Source: a virus
DNA: 64,000 nt
Virus record (IMG/VR): IMGVR_UViG_3300033508_000366
Coordinates: 13,460-77,459 of that record
Direction: 5' to 3' (one strand)
Shown: piece by piece, positions 47,436 to 56,460 of the stretch
Layout of the letters: each line of letters starts with the position of its first letter
Position numbering within the stretch: the first letter of the stretch is position 1
Notes under the pieces: generated by a model
Database searches by the model: none
What the model saw: the letters and a program-made list of their open reading frames with translations, nothing else
Told to the model about the DNA's origin: nothing
Program-made: the position numbers and the translations under genes

Positions 47436-48377
47436 TTATTTGAAAAAAGTTTTTCTTTCAAACGGTATTGTTGGTAATTCAGTTTCTTTTATCTGATTCT
47501 GTTCTTTATTTTTAATATTTTGCTTCAATCTATCTTTAGCTGTTCTAATAAATCCACTTTTAACTGGAACATTAGTATTCAGTAATGAATCAATTAAATG
47601 TGATAGAGTATCAATAATTGCTGCGTCTGGAATGTTTTGTTTATCTTTATCTTGTGCCAACATTAATTCAAATTCGTTTTTATCGTTAACAACAACCAAA
47701 TATTTTCCATGTGCAGTTTTTTGTACATGTGATGCCAACATTTTTAGCTTACGTATATCATCAGCAGTAATTTTAATACTATTTTTATTACCGTTCCTAA
47801 TGCTATCCCATCTTGCCTTATTACGTTCAGCTCTTGACATTGTAGACAAACCTCTTTGAATATCTGTTGAAGTAGAATGTATTCCAACGTGTTCTGGTTC
47901 ATTTGATGTTGAAACATAGTAGTCGATTTTGCTCATATCTTCATCAGAACCTTCACGATAACCACTGGGTATCATTACACTGCCATCATCATAATTAAAT
48001 TTTCTTCCGATTGGAAATACATGAGAAATTTTATCGAGACGAAACATGCGCCAGCCCGGTTTCTCACCTTCCCTATCTATCCAATAGTCATGATATTTAC
48101 TATCATTACGAGTTGGTTTCTTATCAAAATCATGACTGTTTCTCGGATTGTCTTGCCATGCCCTTAAAACAGGTTTACCTGATTTTTTATGTATACCAAG
48201 AACATATGGTCTTATTGTTCGACTCCCTTTAGCAGATTTTCCATCACCAGCATAGTAAAGATGAATCCATTCATGATTTTGAATAGCATTAATAATCTCA
48301 GATTCGCCAACACCTTCAGTAATAAGATGACGAAACTGTTTGATATTTTCAAACAATATTTTGTCTTCTGGTAACAT
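47436..48377 (-). CDS. WYL-domain protein
   Basis: AIQNHEWIHLYY...RTIRPYVLG...LRAWQ...WRMFRLDKI. Confidence 0.8.
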   Translation of the reverse strand: MLPEDKILFENIKQFRHLITEGVGESEIINAIQNHEWIHLYYAGDGKSAKGSRTIRPYVLGIHKKSGKPVLRAWQDNPRNSHDFDKKPTRNDSKYHDYWIDREGEKPGWRMFRLDKISHVFPIGRKFNYDDGSVMIPSGYREGSDEDMSKIDYYVSTSNEPEHVGIHSTSTDIQRGLSTMSRAERNKARWDSIRNGNKNSIKITADDIRKLKMLASHVQKTAHGKYLVVVNDKNEFELMLAQDKDKQNIPDAAIIDTLSHLIDSLLNTNVPVKSGFIRTAKDRLKQNIKNKEQNQIKETELPTIPFERKTFFK

Positions 48378-48378
48378 A

Positions 48379-48618
48379 TTATGCAGTACCTGCGTTATAT
48401 TCTTTATTTCTATTAAACTTATTCTTTGCAGCTAATGTTTCCCTCATTTTAATGTCAGTAGCACCACCCACTTGACCATTTACTTCACCTTTACCATCTT
48501 CATCACCAGTTGATAATGCATCAGGATGACCCGATGTGTATTGGTCATTGTTTCCATAATCATTTTTGGCAACGGTACATGTTCTATACTGTAAACTAAT
48601 ATCTTCTAATCTGCTCAT
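48379..48618 (-). CDS. small hypothetical protein with internal repeat
   Basis: 79 aa; RTCTVAKNDYGNNDQY and RETLAAKNKFNRNKEY. Confidence 0.65.
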   Translation of the reverse strand: MSRLEDISLQYRTCTVAKNDYGNNDQYTSGHPDALSTGDEDGKGEVNGQVGGATDIKMRETLAAKNKFNRNKEYNAGTA

Positions 48619-48650
48619 TTTTTCTGTTTTAATTTTTCGTGTTATTTATT

Positions 48651-48658
48651 ATAAATAC
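48651..48658 (-). promoter_or_regulatory. putative late-promoter motif GTATTTAT
   Basis: 32 nt upstream of the start at 48618. Confidence 0.55.
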
Positions 48659-48659
48659 C

Positions 48660-49445
48660 TTATTCATATTTTTTAAATACGAGTGTAATATATTCAATTA
48701 AATGTGGTACAGTATCAAGAAATTCCATCTCACTTATATCATACCAGCCATAATTACTATTTTCATCATTTAATGTAATTTCGGTTGGTTCACCATTATA
48801 TCTACAAGCAAAAACATGTTCAACACTATTTAAATTTCTTTCAATGGTGAATGTTTTCACAAATTTCTTAATTTCCAAACCAATCTCTTCTTTAATTTCT
48901 CTTTCAATTGCTTTTTGAGGTGTTTCCCCTTTTTCAATACCACCACCAACCAACGCCCATTTTGAAGGCATCCAAGGTGCTTTTTCACCCCTTTTTAATA
49001 ACAAAATTTTATTATCTGAATTAACAATTACTGCCACCGCATTTTTCGTTTTCTCTTTTTTTTCTTTTTTATTCTCGCTCAGTCTTGGTCGAGGTGCTTG
49101 ATATGGTTTTAATTCGGAATTCGGATTACTTGTCATATCACGCCTAGTTTCTTTTGACCTCTGAACTCCAGCTCTATCTTGATTTAACGTGGCTTCAATA
49201 AACGATTTCATTGGTTGACCACCAGCAAGATTAAATTGTGCTGGGTCACCTGATTGCTGATTAAAATAATCAAAGAAATTTTTTAATCGCTTCATTGCTT
49301 GATAGGTTAAATAACCGTTTTTAAGCATGAATTTAGCTCGTTTAACGCCCTCACCATTTGGATTGGATACCAAGGTAGTCTGAATACCTTTTAATACGTC
49401 TGAAGGTATTTTATACGTTTTATTATATAACTCTTGATTAGCCAT
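48660..49445 (-). CDS. NUDIX hydrolase with an extra N-terminal domain
   Basis: Nudix box GGGIEKGETPQKAIEREIKEEIGL. Probable start is MANQE at 49445. Confidence 0.88.
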   Translation of the reverse strand: MANQELYNKTYKIPSDVLKGIQTTLVSNPNGEGVKRAKFMLKNGYLTYQAMKRLKNFFDYFNQQSGDPAQFNLAGGQPMKSFIEATLNQDRAGVQRSKETRRDMTSNPNSELKPYQAPRPRLSENKKEKKEKTKNAVAVIVNSDNKILLLKRGEKAPWMPSKWALVGGGIEKGETPQKAIEREIKEEIGLEIKKFVKTFTIERNLNSVEHVFACRYNGEPTEITLNDENSNYGWYDISEMEFLDTVPHLIEYITLVFKKYE

Positions 49446-50073
49446 TCTTTCTCTCCAATAAATCAATCAATTTATCGATATCTTTTTTCTCTAACTTATT
49501 AATCAAGCCAGCAATTTTCTCAATTTTCTTTCCCCTAACTTCCTTGTCATCGCTCTTACTCGTGATTTCATCTTCCTTTTTATCAACTAGTTTTTCTTCA
49601 ATGACTTTAGCTTCATCAATATTCTCAGGCTCTTGAAATGCATTTTCGAAATGCTTTTCAACTACTTTAATTACTTTTTTTGCCCAATCAAAATCAATTT
49701 TCCTTTTTTCTTCGGGTTGAGTATTGAAATCCTTTTCATTATGTAACCTAAAATCAGATTTTAATTTATTTGGATTTCTGAAATAATATTCAAGTGTTTC
49801 CATGTACTTATCGTACATGAGTTCTGCTAAATCATTTAACAATTCCTTTTGACCACTATTTTCTTCAACACCTTCTAAAAATGGCATTAATGTAAAACCG
49901 AAACGACCTAACATATCGTACCTAAAGGGTTGAGTACCAACTTTAGCATTATAATCGGAAGTATTACTGGCTTGACTTTCTAAATCAGCACCAGTTGTTG
50001 GAATATCAGACTTGCCAATTAAATGACCATCAGTATCAATTATTTCAACTAAGTCTTTCTTTTTTAATTTCAT
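49438..50073 (-). CDS. hypothetical protein
   Basis: 211 aa with an upstream late motif; coupled to the NUDIX gene. Confidence 0.65.
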   Translation of the reverse strand: MKLKKKDLVEIIDTDGHLIGKSDIPTTGADLESQASNTSDYNAKVGTQPFRYDMLGRFGFTLMPFLEGVEENSGQKELLNDLAELMYDKYMETLEYYFRNPNKLKSDFRLHNEKDFNTQPEEKRKIDFDWAKKVIKVVEKHFENAFQEPENIDEAKVIEEKLVDKKEDEITSKSDDKEVRGKKIEKIAGLINKLEKKDIDKLIDLLERKNG

Positions 50074-50089
50074 CTGTGCATATTTTCAT

Positions 50090-50097
50090 ATAAATAC
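50090..50097 (-). promoter_or_regulatory. putative late-promoter motif GTATTTAT
   Basis: 16 nt upstream of the start at 50073. Confidence 0.6.
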
Positions 50098-50107
50098 TAT
50101 TAAAAAG

Positions 50108-53100
50108 TTAATATGCACTATCCCCACCATCATCAATATCCAAATATTCTGCTGCAGCTTCTTCAATTGCACCCTCTTGTTCCTCAATATATTCTTCGAA
50201 CGCTATTTCAGAATTTTGTAATTCAGAAAACACTTGTTCCATTGTTGCCAAAAGAGGAATTCCGTATTTCTGTTTAAAACCTGTGAAATATTTCTTTCGT
50301 TTTTCAAGTTGAATCTCTAAAAACACCTCTCTATCACTCTTGGTTGTTAATTCGTTTGCTCTTAGTTCCTCTGCCTTTAATTCCGCTTCAGCACGTTTTT
50401 TATCGAGTTCGATTTCAATTTCACTTTTAGGTACTTCAACATTTTCTTTAACAATTTGAATATAAACACCGTTATATGCACCGACATGATACTCAGAACC
50501 GTCTTTAATTAGAACCAAATCATTTGCAACATATTTATCGTTAATTGATTTGATTCTCGGTTTTTTTGCTTCATCCATTTTTTTATTTAAAAAACTCAAT
50601 GCATCATCGTATATCTCATAATAAACCCGATGTTCTTCCGACATTTTAAAACCATTCCAAATTAATCTTGGGTCATAACCAGTTTTATTCCAGAAATCAG
50701 CTTCCATTTCTTCCAAATACATTGATTCTTCCAAGCTATCCGAATCAAAATTTTTCAGAATCAATTCATCATTATGAAACATAGTCTTTTTTAATTCACC
50801 CTCTTTATTAATTTTGACCAACATTTTAGTCTGAACCTCTGGGTCAAAACCAATAATAAGTGATTCAACACGTTTATTAAATGCATCAAGATACTTTTCA
50901 TAATTATATTCACCAGTCATGTTAGGATTTTCTTGCAAGTCTTCTGTACTAATTAATGATGCACAAAACCTCTCAACACCAGTATCTTTATCAACAATTT
51001 TTCTCGAATCTCCGTGAGATTTCTTATATCCAGTATTGACATAATATACAACACTATCTAATTCAGGTTCTTGTGGCATGTAATTTATAACCAATTTAAT
51101 TTTATCGTCAATGGTTAATTTTTCTTCCGACTTAGTAAATCCTAATTTTTCCTTATGTTTTTCAAATAATTCGGCAGCAATTGCTTCACGTCTTTCAATT
51201 AAGAGTTCCATATGTGCTTGCATACCCTTTTCTCTACCATTCTTATCTGCACCCCTTTTCTTATATGCATTTAAGCTCATTTTTATTTTACTTCGGCTTG
51301 CAATTTTCTTTAATGGAATCTGCATGTATCTAATATCATCACAATAATCGTAATAATAATCGACAAATTCTTTACCCTTACCATGCAATATCAAATCCAA
51401 TCCCTTATCGATAAATTCTTCGATATATTCAGGCATCACTTTTGACTTAATTGTGTTGCCAGTTAGTTTGATTTTTTCTTTCATCTCACCGCTTTTCTTA
51501 TCCTTACTTAAAGAAAGTGTACCATAATTAATTCTGGAAAGATTTAGACAAGAAATACTTTCGCCATCATTGTCAACACTCATATATGGTGGTTGCATTT
51601 CTTCTTTATTGTATTTGGCAATAAGTGCTTTTATACCAACTTTTCCATCATACTGCCACATTTCTTCGATTGTTCCCTCAGTTGTTTCCTCAATTATTCC
51701 CTCATTAGTTACTCTAATTTTCGTCATTTCGGGAAAATGAAAGTTTATACCATCAGTAACAGCAAGCAATGCAACACAACCAAATCTACTAAACCAATCA
51801 ATACCGTGTCTTAAATGTATTCTACCTGTACATGTAATTCTTGCAGCACATACATTATCAGACCAGTTAAAGCTGATATTTGAACCCAATGCACCAAATA
51901 AAGAGTTATTCAAAATCTTTATAGGTAATTGTTTTACCTTTGCCATTGCAACGTCTGCAACAGTAAGTGTATTATTTACGTACTTAATATGAATTTCAGG
52001 GTCAATTTCTTTCAATAATGTAACTTCTTCTTCCATTAACTTCGTACCATTTGCCAATTTCTTGTATATGTTACGTGTTGTAGTAAGATATAACAATAAT
52101 TTCTTTGTTACACCAGTAATGTCGAAAATCGGGAAAACGTTATCAGTCAATTGAATCATTGGATACAAACTCGCATAGTCAATTTTAATTATACGTTTTG
52201 TATAACCAGTTTTGTAACATCTTGCCAAACCACCACTAAATTTTTCATATTTATCTGATTCAGGTATTGCTAAATCGTTTTCATAACTCCATGCAGTTAA
52301 CAATAAGTTCCAGATAGCAGCAGTACCCATCGTACAAATACGTTGATAAGTGGTTGGAACAATCTTCGCCAACATAAACGATGATTGATTATACAATTCA
52401 TCAACATGTTCAGTTTCCCAAAGGTCATCAAGAAGGTATTGTTTAACCAATTTTCTACCACCAATAAATGTTGTCAATTTTTTTGGCAGTGCTTCTTTTC
52501 TAAACCAAGTAACAAAATCTGGACTTTCGTTGAGATATTTTGTTTTCAAGGTTTTGTATTCATCCTCAGTTATAATACCACCAAGTTTATTAGCTTGGAT
52601 TGTATATAATTTTAATGCGGTTTCTTGATGTTGATTAGGTATTTCAACATAATCATTAGTTTCATTAGTAACAAACACCTTGTTTTCATGATAATATCTA
52701 CCAATGGTATTATCTTCTCCCTCAATATATGTACGATTAGGTTTAGCGATTTTTTCAAACTTAGCGATATATTTCAATCCAATTTCCTTTATATCACTAT
52801 TAACCGCAGCAGTTCTTTTTGTTGCATGAATAATGTCGATAATTGAATATCCCCACATTTCGGTGGCAGTATATTTATCGGCAGTATTACCATATTTAAC
52901 ACTAACATTTCCTCTTCGATTGATTAAAATACCCTCTTTTAAACCATTTGGAACTTGAGTTAAATCCATTTTTAACGTCTTCGCTCTGCCAAGAATATAA
53001 TCAAAGTCAAAGGTTTCACTGAAATAACCAGATATAACTGCTGGCTTCAAATCATTTATTAAATTGAAAAAATCTTGAATCAACCTAATTTCAGATTCAT

Positions 53101-53773
53101 CATCATTCGTTTTTTCAACCTCCAATATTATTTCAAACCCCCTATTATCACGAACACCAATTGCAAATACTCTGGAAATCTGATATCGCAAACCAGTGGT
53201 TTCAATATCAAATGTTAGTTTATGAACGTTTTTATATTCTTCAAATCCCTTAAATAATCTGGTTTGATTAGAAATAAAGAATTGTTCGGTTGTTCTTGGT
53301 GCATAAAACCAATCACGATATGGATATACATATCCACCCTTTACATCTCTAATAAAATTACCATCAATATCGGTTGCTTTTTCATGTGGATTAATACCAC
53401 CATCACGTAAATATGAAAGAATATCATTATATGACCTACGACTTGTTATTTTATAACAATAACCATTCACGAGTCTTTTCTGATTACCCGTTTTTAATTT
53501 GGTAATCGTAATACCATGTTTAATTTTCTTGCTTTCAATTAGCTGTTCAGAATGTTCATCATATAATTTACGATTGAATTTTGATAAGTCTTTCATATAC
53601 ATGAAAGGTTCATATTGAACTTTAATGATTTTTGGCTTTTCATTTGGTTCATGTATGACACATTCAGCAAAATTATACCTTGGGTCTGTTTCGACATTCA
53701 CAAGATACTTTAACTTATCATTATTACCTTCAAGAAATCCTTTGATTTCAGCTAATACTTTTTGTTTATCCAT
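50108..53773 (-). CDS. polB: family B DNA polymerase
   Basis: ExoI FDIETT, ExoII FDFDYI, ExoIII YLLDD; DYASLYP; KILNNSLFG; AVTDG as motif C. Confidence 0.95.
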   Translation of the reverse strand: MDKQKVLAEIKGFLEGNNDKLKYLVNVETDPRYNFAECVIHEPNEKPKIIKVQYEPFMYMKDLSKFNRKLYDEHSEQLIESKKIKHGITITKLKTGNQKRLVNGYCYKITSRRSYNDILSYLRDGGINPHEKATDIDGNFIRDVKGGYVYPYRDWFYAPRTTEQFFISNQTRLFKGFEEYKNVHKLTFDIETTGLRYQISRVFAIGVRDNRGFEIILEVEKTNDDESEIRLIQDFFNLINDLKPAVISGYFSETFDFDYILGRAKTLKMDLTQVPNGLKEGILINRRGNVSVKYGNTADKYTATEMWGYSIIDIIHATKRTAAVNSDIKEIGLKYIAKFEKIAKPNRTYIEGEDNTIGRYYHENKVFVTNETNDYVEIPNQHQETALKLYTIQANKLGGIITEDEYKTLKTKYLNESPDFVTWFRKEALPKKLTTFIGGRKLVKQYLLDDLWETEHVDELYNQSSFMLAKIVPTTYQRICTMGTAAIWNLLLTAWSYENDLAIPESDKYEKFSGGLARCYKTGYTKRIIKIDYASLYPMIQLTDNVFPIFDITGVTKKLLLYLTTTRNIYKKLANGTKLMEEEVTLLKEIDPEIHIKYVNNTLTVADVAMAKVKQLPIKILNNSLFGALGSNISFNWSDNVCAARITCTGRIHLRHGIDWFSRFGCVALLAVTDGINFHFPEMTKIRVTNEGIIEETTEGTIEEMWQYDGKVGIKALIAKYNKEEMQPPYMSVDNDGESISCLNLSRINYGTLSLSKDKKSGEMKEKIKLTGNTIKSKVMPEYIEEFIDKGLDLILHGKGKEFVDYYYDYCDDIRYMQIPLKKIASRSKIKMSLNAYKKRGADKNGREKGMQAHMELLIERREAIAAELFEKHKEKLGFTKSEEKLTIDDKIKLVINYMPQEPELDSVVYYVNTGYKKSHGDSRKIVDKDTGVERFCASLISTEDLQENPNMTGEYNYEKYLDAFNKRVESLIIGFDPEVQTKMLVKINKEGELKKTMFHNDELILKNFDSDSLEESMYLEEMEADFWNKTGYDPRLIWNGFKMSEEHRVYYEIYDDALSFLNKKMDEAKKPRIKSINDKYVANDLVLIKDGSEYHVGAYNGVYIQIVKENVEVPKSEIEIELDKKRAEAELKAEELRANELTTKSDREVFLEIQLEKRKKYFTGFKQKYGIPLLATMEQVFSELQNSEIAFEEYIEEQEGAIEEAAAEYLDIDDGGDSAY

Positions 53774-53779
53774 TATATT

Positions 53780-54151
53780 CTATTTTTCTGTTTTATTTAT
53801 AAATTGATACGTTAATTTCTTAGTTTTTGGATTATATTTATATTTTAAATCTTCAATAACATATTCACTACTATTCATGACCATCTTCGTATTTTTTGGG
53901 AAAATTCCTGATAACCATAATGCACTTACTACATTATTCGCAACAACCTTATAATAACCATCTTTTCCCTTGATTTCAAAATCGAGATGTTGTGTATCGT
54001 ATTTATCTTGCACAATATACTCTAAAATTTGAACAAATCCAACATAAATATCTTCTTCAAATTCTTTTTTTGTTAAATCAACGCCATGAATCATCGATGT
54101 GAATAAAAAATCCTGAAACGGATTTATATCACTTTCATATATTCTTCCCAT
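53780..54151 (-). CDS. hypothetical protein
   Basis: 123 aa ORF directly upstream of polB. Confidence 0.6.
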   Translation of the reverse strand: MGRIYESDINPFQDFLFTSMIHGVDLTKKEFEEDIYVGFVQILEYIVQDKYDTQHLDFEIKGKDGYYKVVANNVVSALWLSGIFPKNTKMVMNSSEYVIEDLKYKYNPKTKKLTYQFINKTEK

Positions 54152-54458
54152 GTTTGTTTTTAATTATATCATTAATTTGATTACATATTGTAGTTGTTTG
54201 ATTTTCAATATCACGCAAAAATTCTCTCTCATTGATTCTAATTATATTGCAATTAAAATTTTCTTTTAAAAACAAATCTCTAACAACATCTCTTTCTTTA
54301 AATTTTTTTACATTGTGATGACTTTCATCCCATTCAATACAAATATTATAATCTGGAATATAACCATCAATATAATATCTCACAAATTTCTTCTCACAGC
54401 CATTTAATGCATGTTGAATTTGAATATTCAACTTCTCAGAAAACACATCTAAAATCAT
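54135..54458 (-). CDS. Vsr/DUF559-like endonuclease domain, probably a truncated homing endonuclease
   Basis: QHALNG...YYIDGY...ICIEWDESHH...DVVRD...IIRI; no N-terminal DNA-binding region. Confidence 0.6.
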   Translation of the reverse strand: MILDVFSEKLNIQIQHALNGCEKKFVRYYIDGYIPDYNICIEWDESHHNVKKFKERDVVRDLFLKENFNCNIIRINEREFLRDIENQTTTICNQINDIIKNKHGKNI

Positions 54459-54520
54459 TCACGTTAGATTTTATCTATTAATATAATTTTTTATGTTGTA
54501 AAAATATATATTAATTAGCA

Positions 54521-56314
54521 TTATTTTTCATATTTTTCTTTTAATTTTTTTATTACATCACCAAAGACAGATTCGTTTATATTTGATTCGTATTCAACAT
54601 TATCGAGGACTTTTGAAATTTCATTTTGCTTCGATTCAATTAAACTATAAACATAATAATCTATTGTATCACTAAAAACAATTGGGTAAATAATTACATT
54701 ATTTTTTTGTCCGATTCTATATATTCGAGATGCTGCTTGAGAATATTCACCAAGTGAATATGGTAATGTTAGAAGAAACATTTTATGTGCTTCGGTCAAT
54801 GTAATTCCAAAATTTCCTGACGAAAATGTTGATAAAAACAATTTAATTTCACTATTACTATCCTGAAATTTTATAATTGCATTACTTCTATTCTCAACAC
54901 TTTCATCACCCGTATGTAAAACCGATAGATTCTTATATTTTTCATGTATTATATTTAATGAATCTTTAAATACATCAAAAATAACTAATTTCTCACCAGT
55001 TTCTATTATACTATCAATTAACTCACAAACATATTTAATTTTATTGTGTGATGTATATTGTCTAAGTCTAAGCATTACAGTTAATGCGTTTTTTTCTTCA
55101 GTTTTTGTGAATTCATTATATGCACCCAATTCAATTTCATCATAAATTTTTTGTTCCTTTTCATCGAGTTCTAATATTATTTTTTGATATGACTTATCTG
55201 GAAGGTCTTTAATTACATCTTCAATTTTTTTTCTATATACAAATGGTGAAATTTTATGAAATAATTCCTCAAATTTTGTTTTCGATTCATCGGTTGTCCA
55301 CCCATAACCAGTTTCAAAATTATATGACATTCCGAGATAATAAGAATAAAAATATTTTTTAGTTTTAAAATCAATTGGACTAATTTCGTGTAATACTGTA
55401 TAAAGTTCTTTTGCTCTATTAACCATTGGAGTTCCAGATAGATATGCTGAAAATTTTATACCGTTTCTAAATATTTTATCACTAAATATTCTTTTATAAT
55501 TTTTATATAAATTCGTGTCACTATTTTTTATTTTTTGACACTCATCCAATATAATAGCATCGATTATTCCCACACCCAATTTTTTCCATTTATTATATGC
55601 ATAGTCTTTGTTAGATGAATTAAAAAATTCATAATTTAATATTATATACTTCGCATTATCTATACTACATGTATTTTTTCTCCAATTTACAATATGTGCT
55701 TTAGAATTAGTAAACTTTTCAATTTCCTGATAATAATTGTGTTTCAAACTATTCGGTGTGATAACAACAACTTTCTCAAATCCACTCATTTCACAAGCAG
55801 TAATTGCTGCAAGACTTTTACCAGTTCCCATGTCAAGTGCTAATAACGTATTTTTTACTGCTACCATAAATAAACTCGCAACTATTTGATGTGGATATAA
55901 ACGTACTTCTGGTTTTAAAAACTTATGAACATCATCACTATATTTTTCATAAGTTTCTTCCAGTTCTTGCTTATATTTTACCCAATGTTCTTTTTTAATA
56001 TTCAGGTCGGCAATGAATTTACGCTTTTCTTCTTCCTTGAACTCAACTATTTTGATTTGTTCGATAAATATTTTACGACTTTCATCATTACCAAAATCAA
56101 AATGAATTTTATTTGACCCTTTATATTTTTTAATTAATGCAAACAATGATGCGGTACTAACTTCCCAACACATCATACCTGCATTCCACTTTCGTGTGTC
56201 CTCCGATAGATTTTTGATTCTCAGAATAAGTTGGTCATTGGGTGAAAACCTGAGATAATAGGCTTGTCTTCTCGGAATTCGTTCAGCATGTACAACAAAG
56301 ATTATTTCTTGCAT
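54521..56314 (-). CDS. SNF2-family DNA helicase/ATPase
   Basis: LYPHQ, LDMGTGKS, ILDECQKIKN, LSGTPMVN, GITLTEA and QAASRIYRIGQ. Confidence 0.92.
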   Translation of the reverse strand: MQEIIFVVHAERIPRRQAYYLRFSPNDQLILRIKNLSEDTRKWNAGMMCWEVSTASLFALIKKYKGSNKIHFDFGNDESRKIFIEQIKIVEFKEEEKRKFIADLNIKKEHWVKYKQELEETYEKYSDDVHKFLKPEVRLYPHQIVASLFMVAVKNTLLALDMGTGKSLAAITACEMSGFEKVVVITPNSLKHNYYQEIEKFTNSKAHIVNWRKNTCSIDNAKYIILNYEFFNSSNKDYAYNKWKKLGVGIIDAIILDECQKIKNSDTNLYKNYKRIFSDKIFRNGIKFSAYLSGTPMVNRAKELYTVLHEISPIDFKTKKYFYSYYLGMSYNFETGYGWTTDESKTKFEELFHKISPFVYRKKIEDVIKDLPDKSYQKIILELDEKEQKIYDEIELGAYNEFTKTEEKNALTVMLRLRQYTSHNKIKYVCELIDSIIETGEKLVIFDVFKDSLNIIHEKYKNLSVLHTGDESVENRSNAIIKFQDSNSEIKLFLSTFSSGNFGITLTEAHKMFLLTLPYSLGEYSQAASRIYRIGQKNNVIIYPIVFSDTIDYYVYSLIESKQNEISKVLDNVEYESNINESVFGDVIKKLKEKYEK

Positions 56315-56331
56315 AAGAATTCAATATCATG

Positions 56332-56339
56332 CAAAGATA
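56332..56339 (-). promoter_or_regulatory. TAnnTTTG element (TATCTTTG)
   Basis: TTATCTTTGCA 17 nt upstream of the helicase start. Confidence 0.6.
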
Positions 56340-56439
56340 ATTAAAAAACTATTAAGTACAATTAAAATTAAATTAAATTATTGGAATTGTATAAACAGTT
56401 TTTCCCACAACAATAGTTATCGAAAAAATTCAATTTAAA

Positions 56440-56447
56440 GTATTTAT
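56440..56447 (+). promoter_or_regulatory. putative late-promoter motif GTATTTAT on the + strand
   Basis: 13 nt upstream of the + strand GIY-YIG ATG at 56461. Confidence 0.55.
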
Positions 56448-56460
56448 ATAAAAAATCAAT

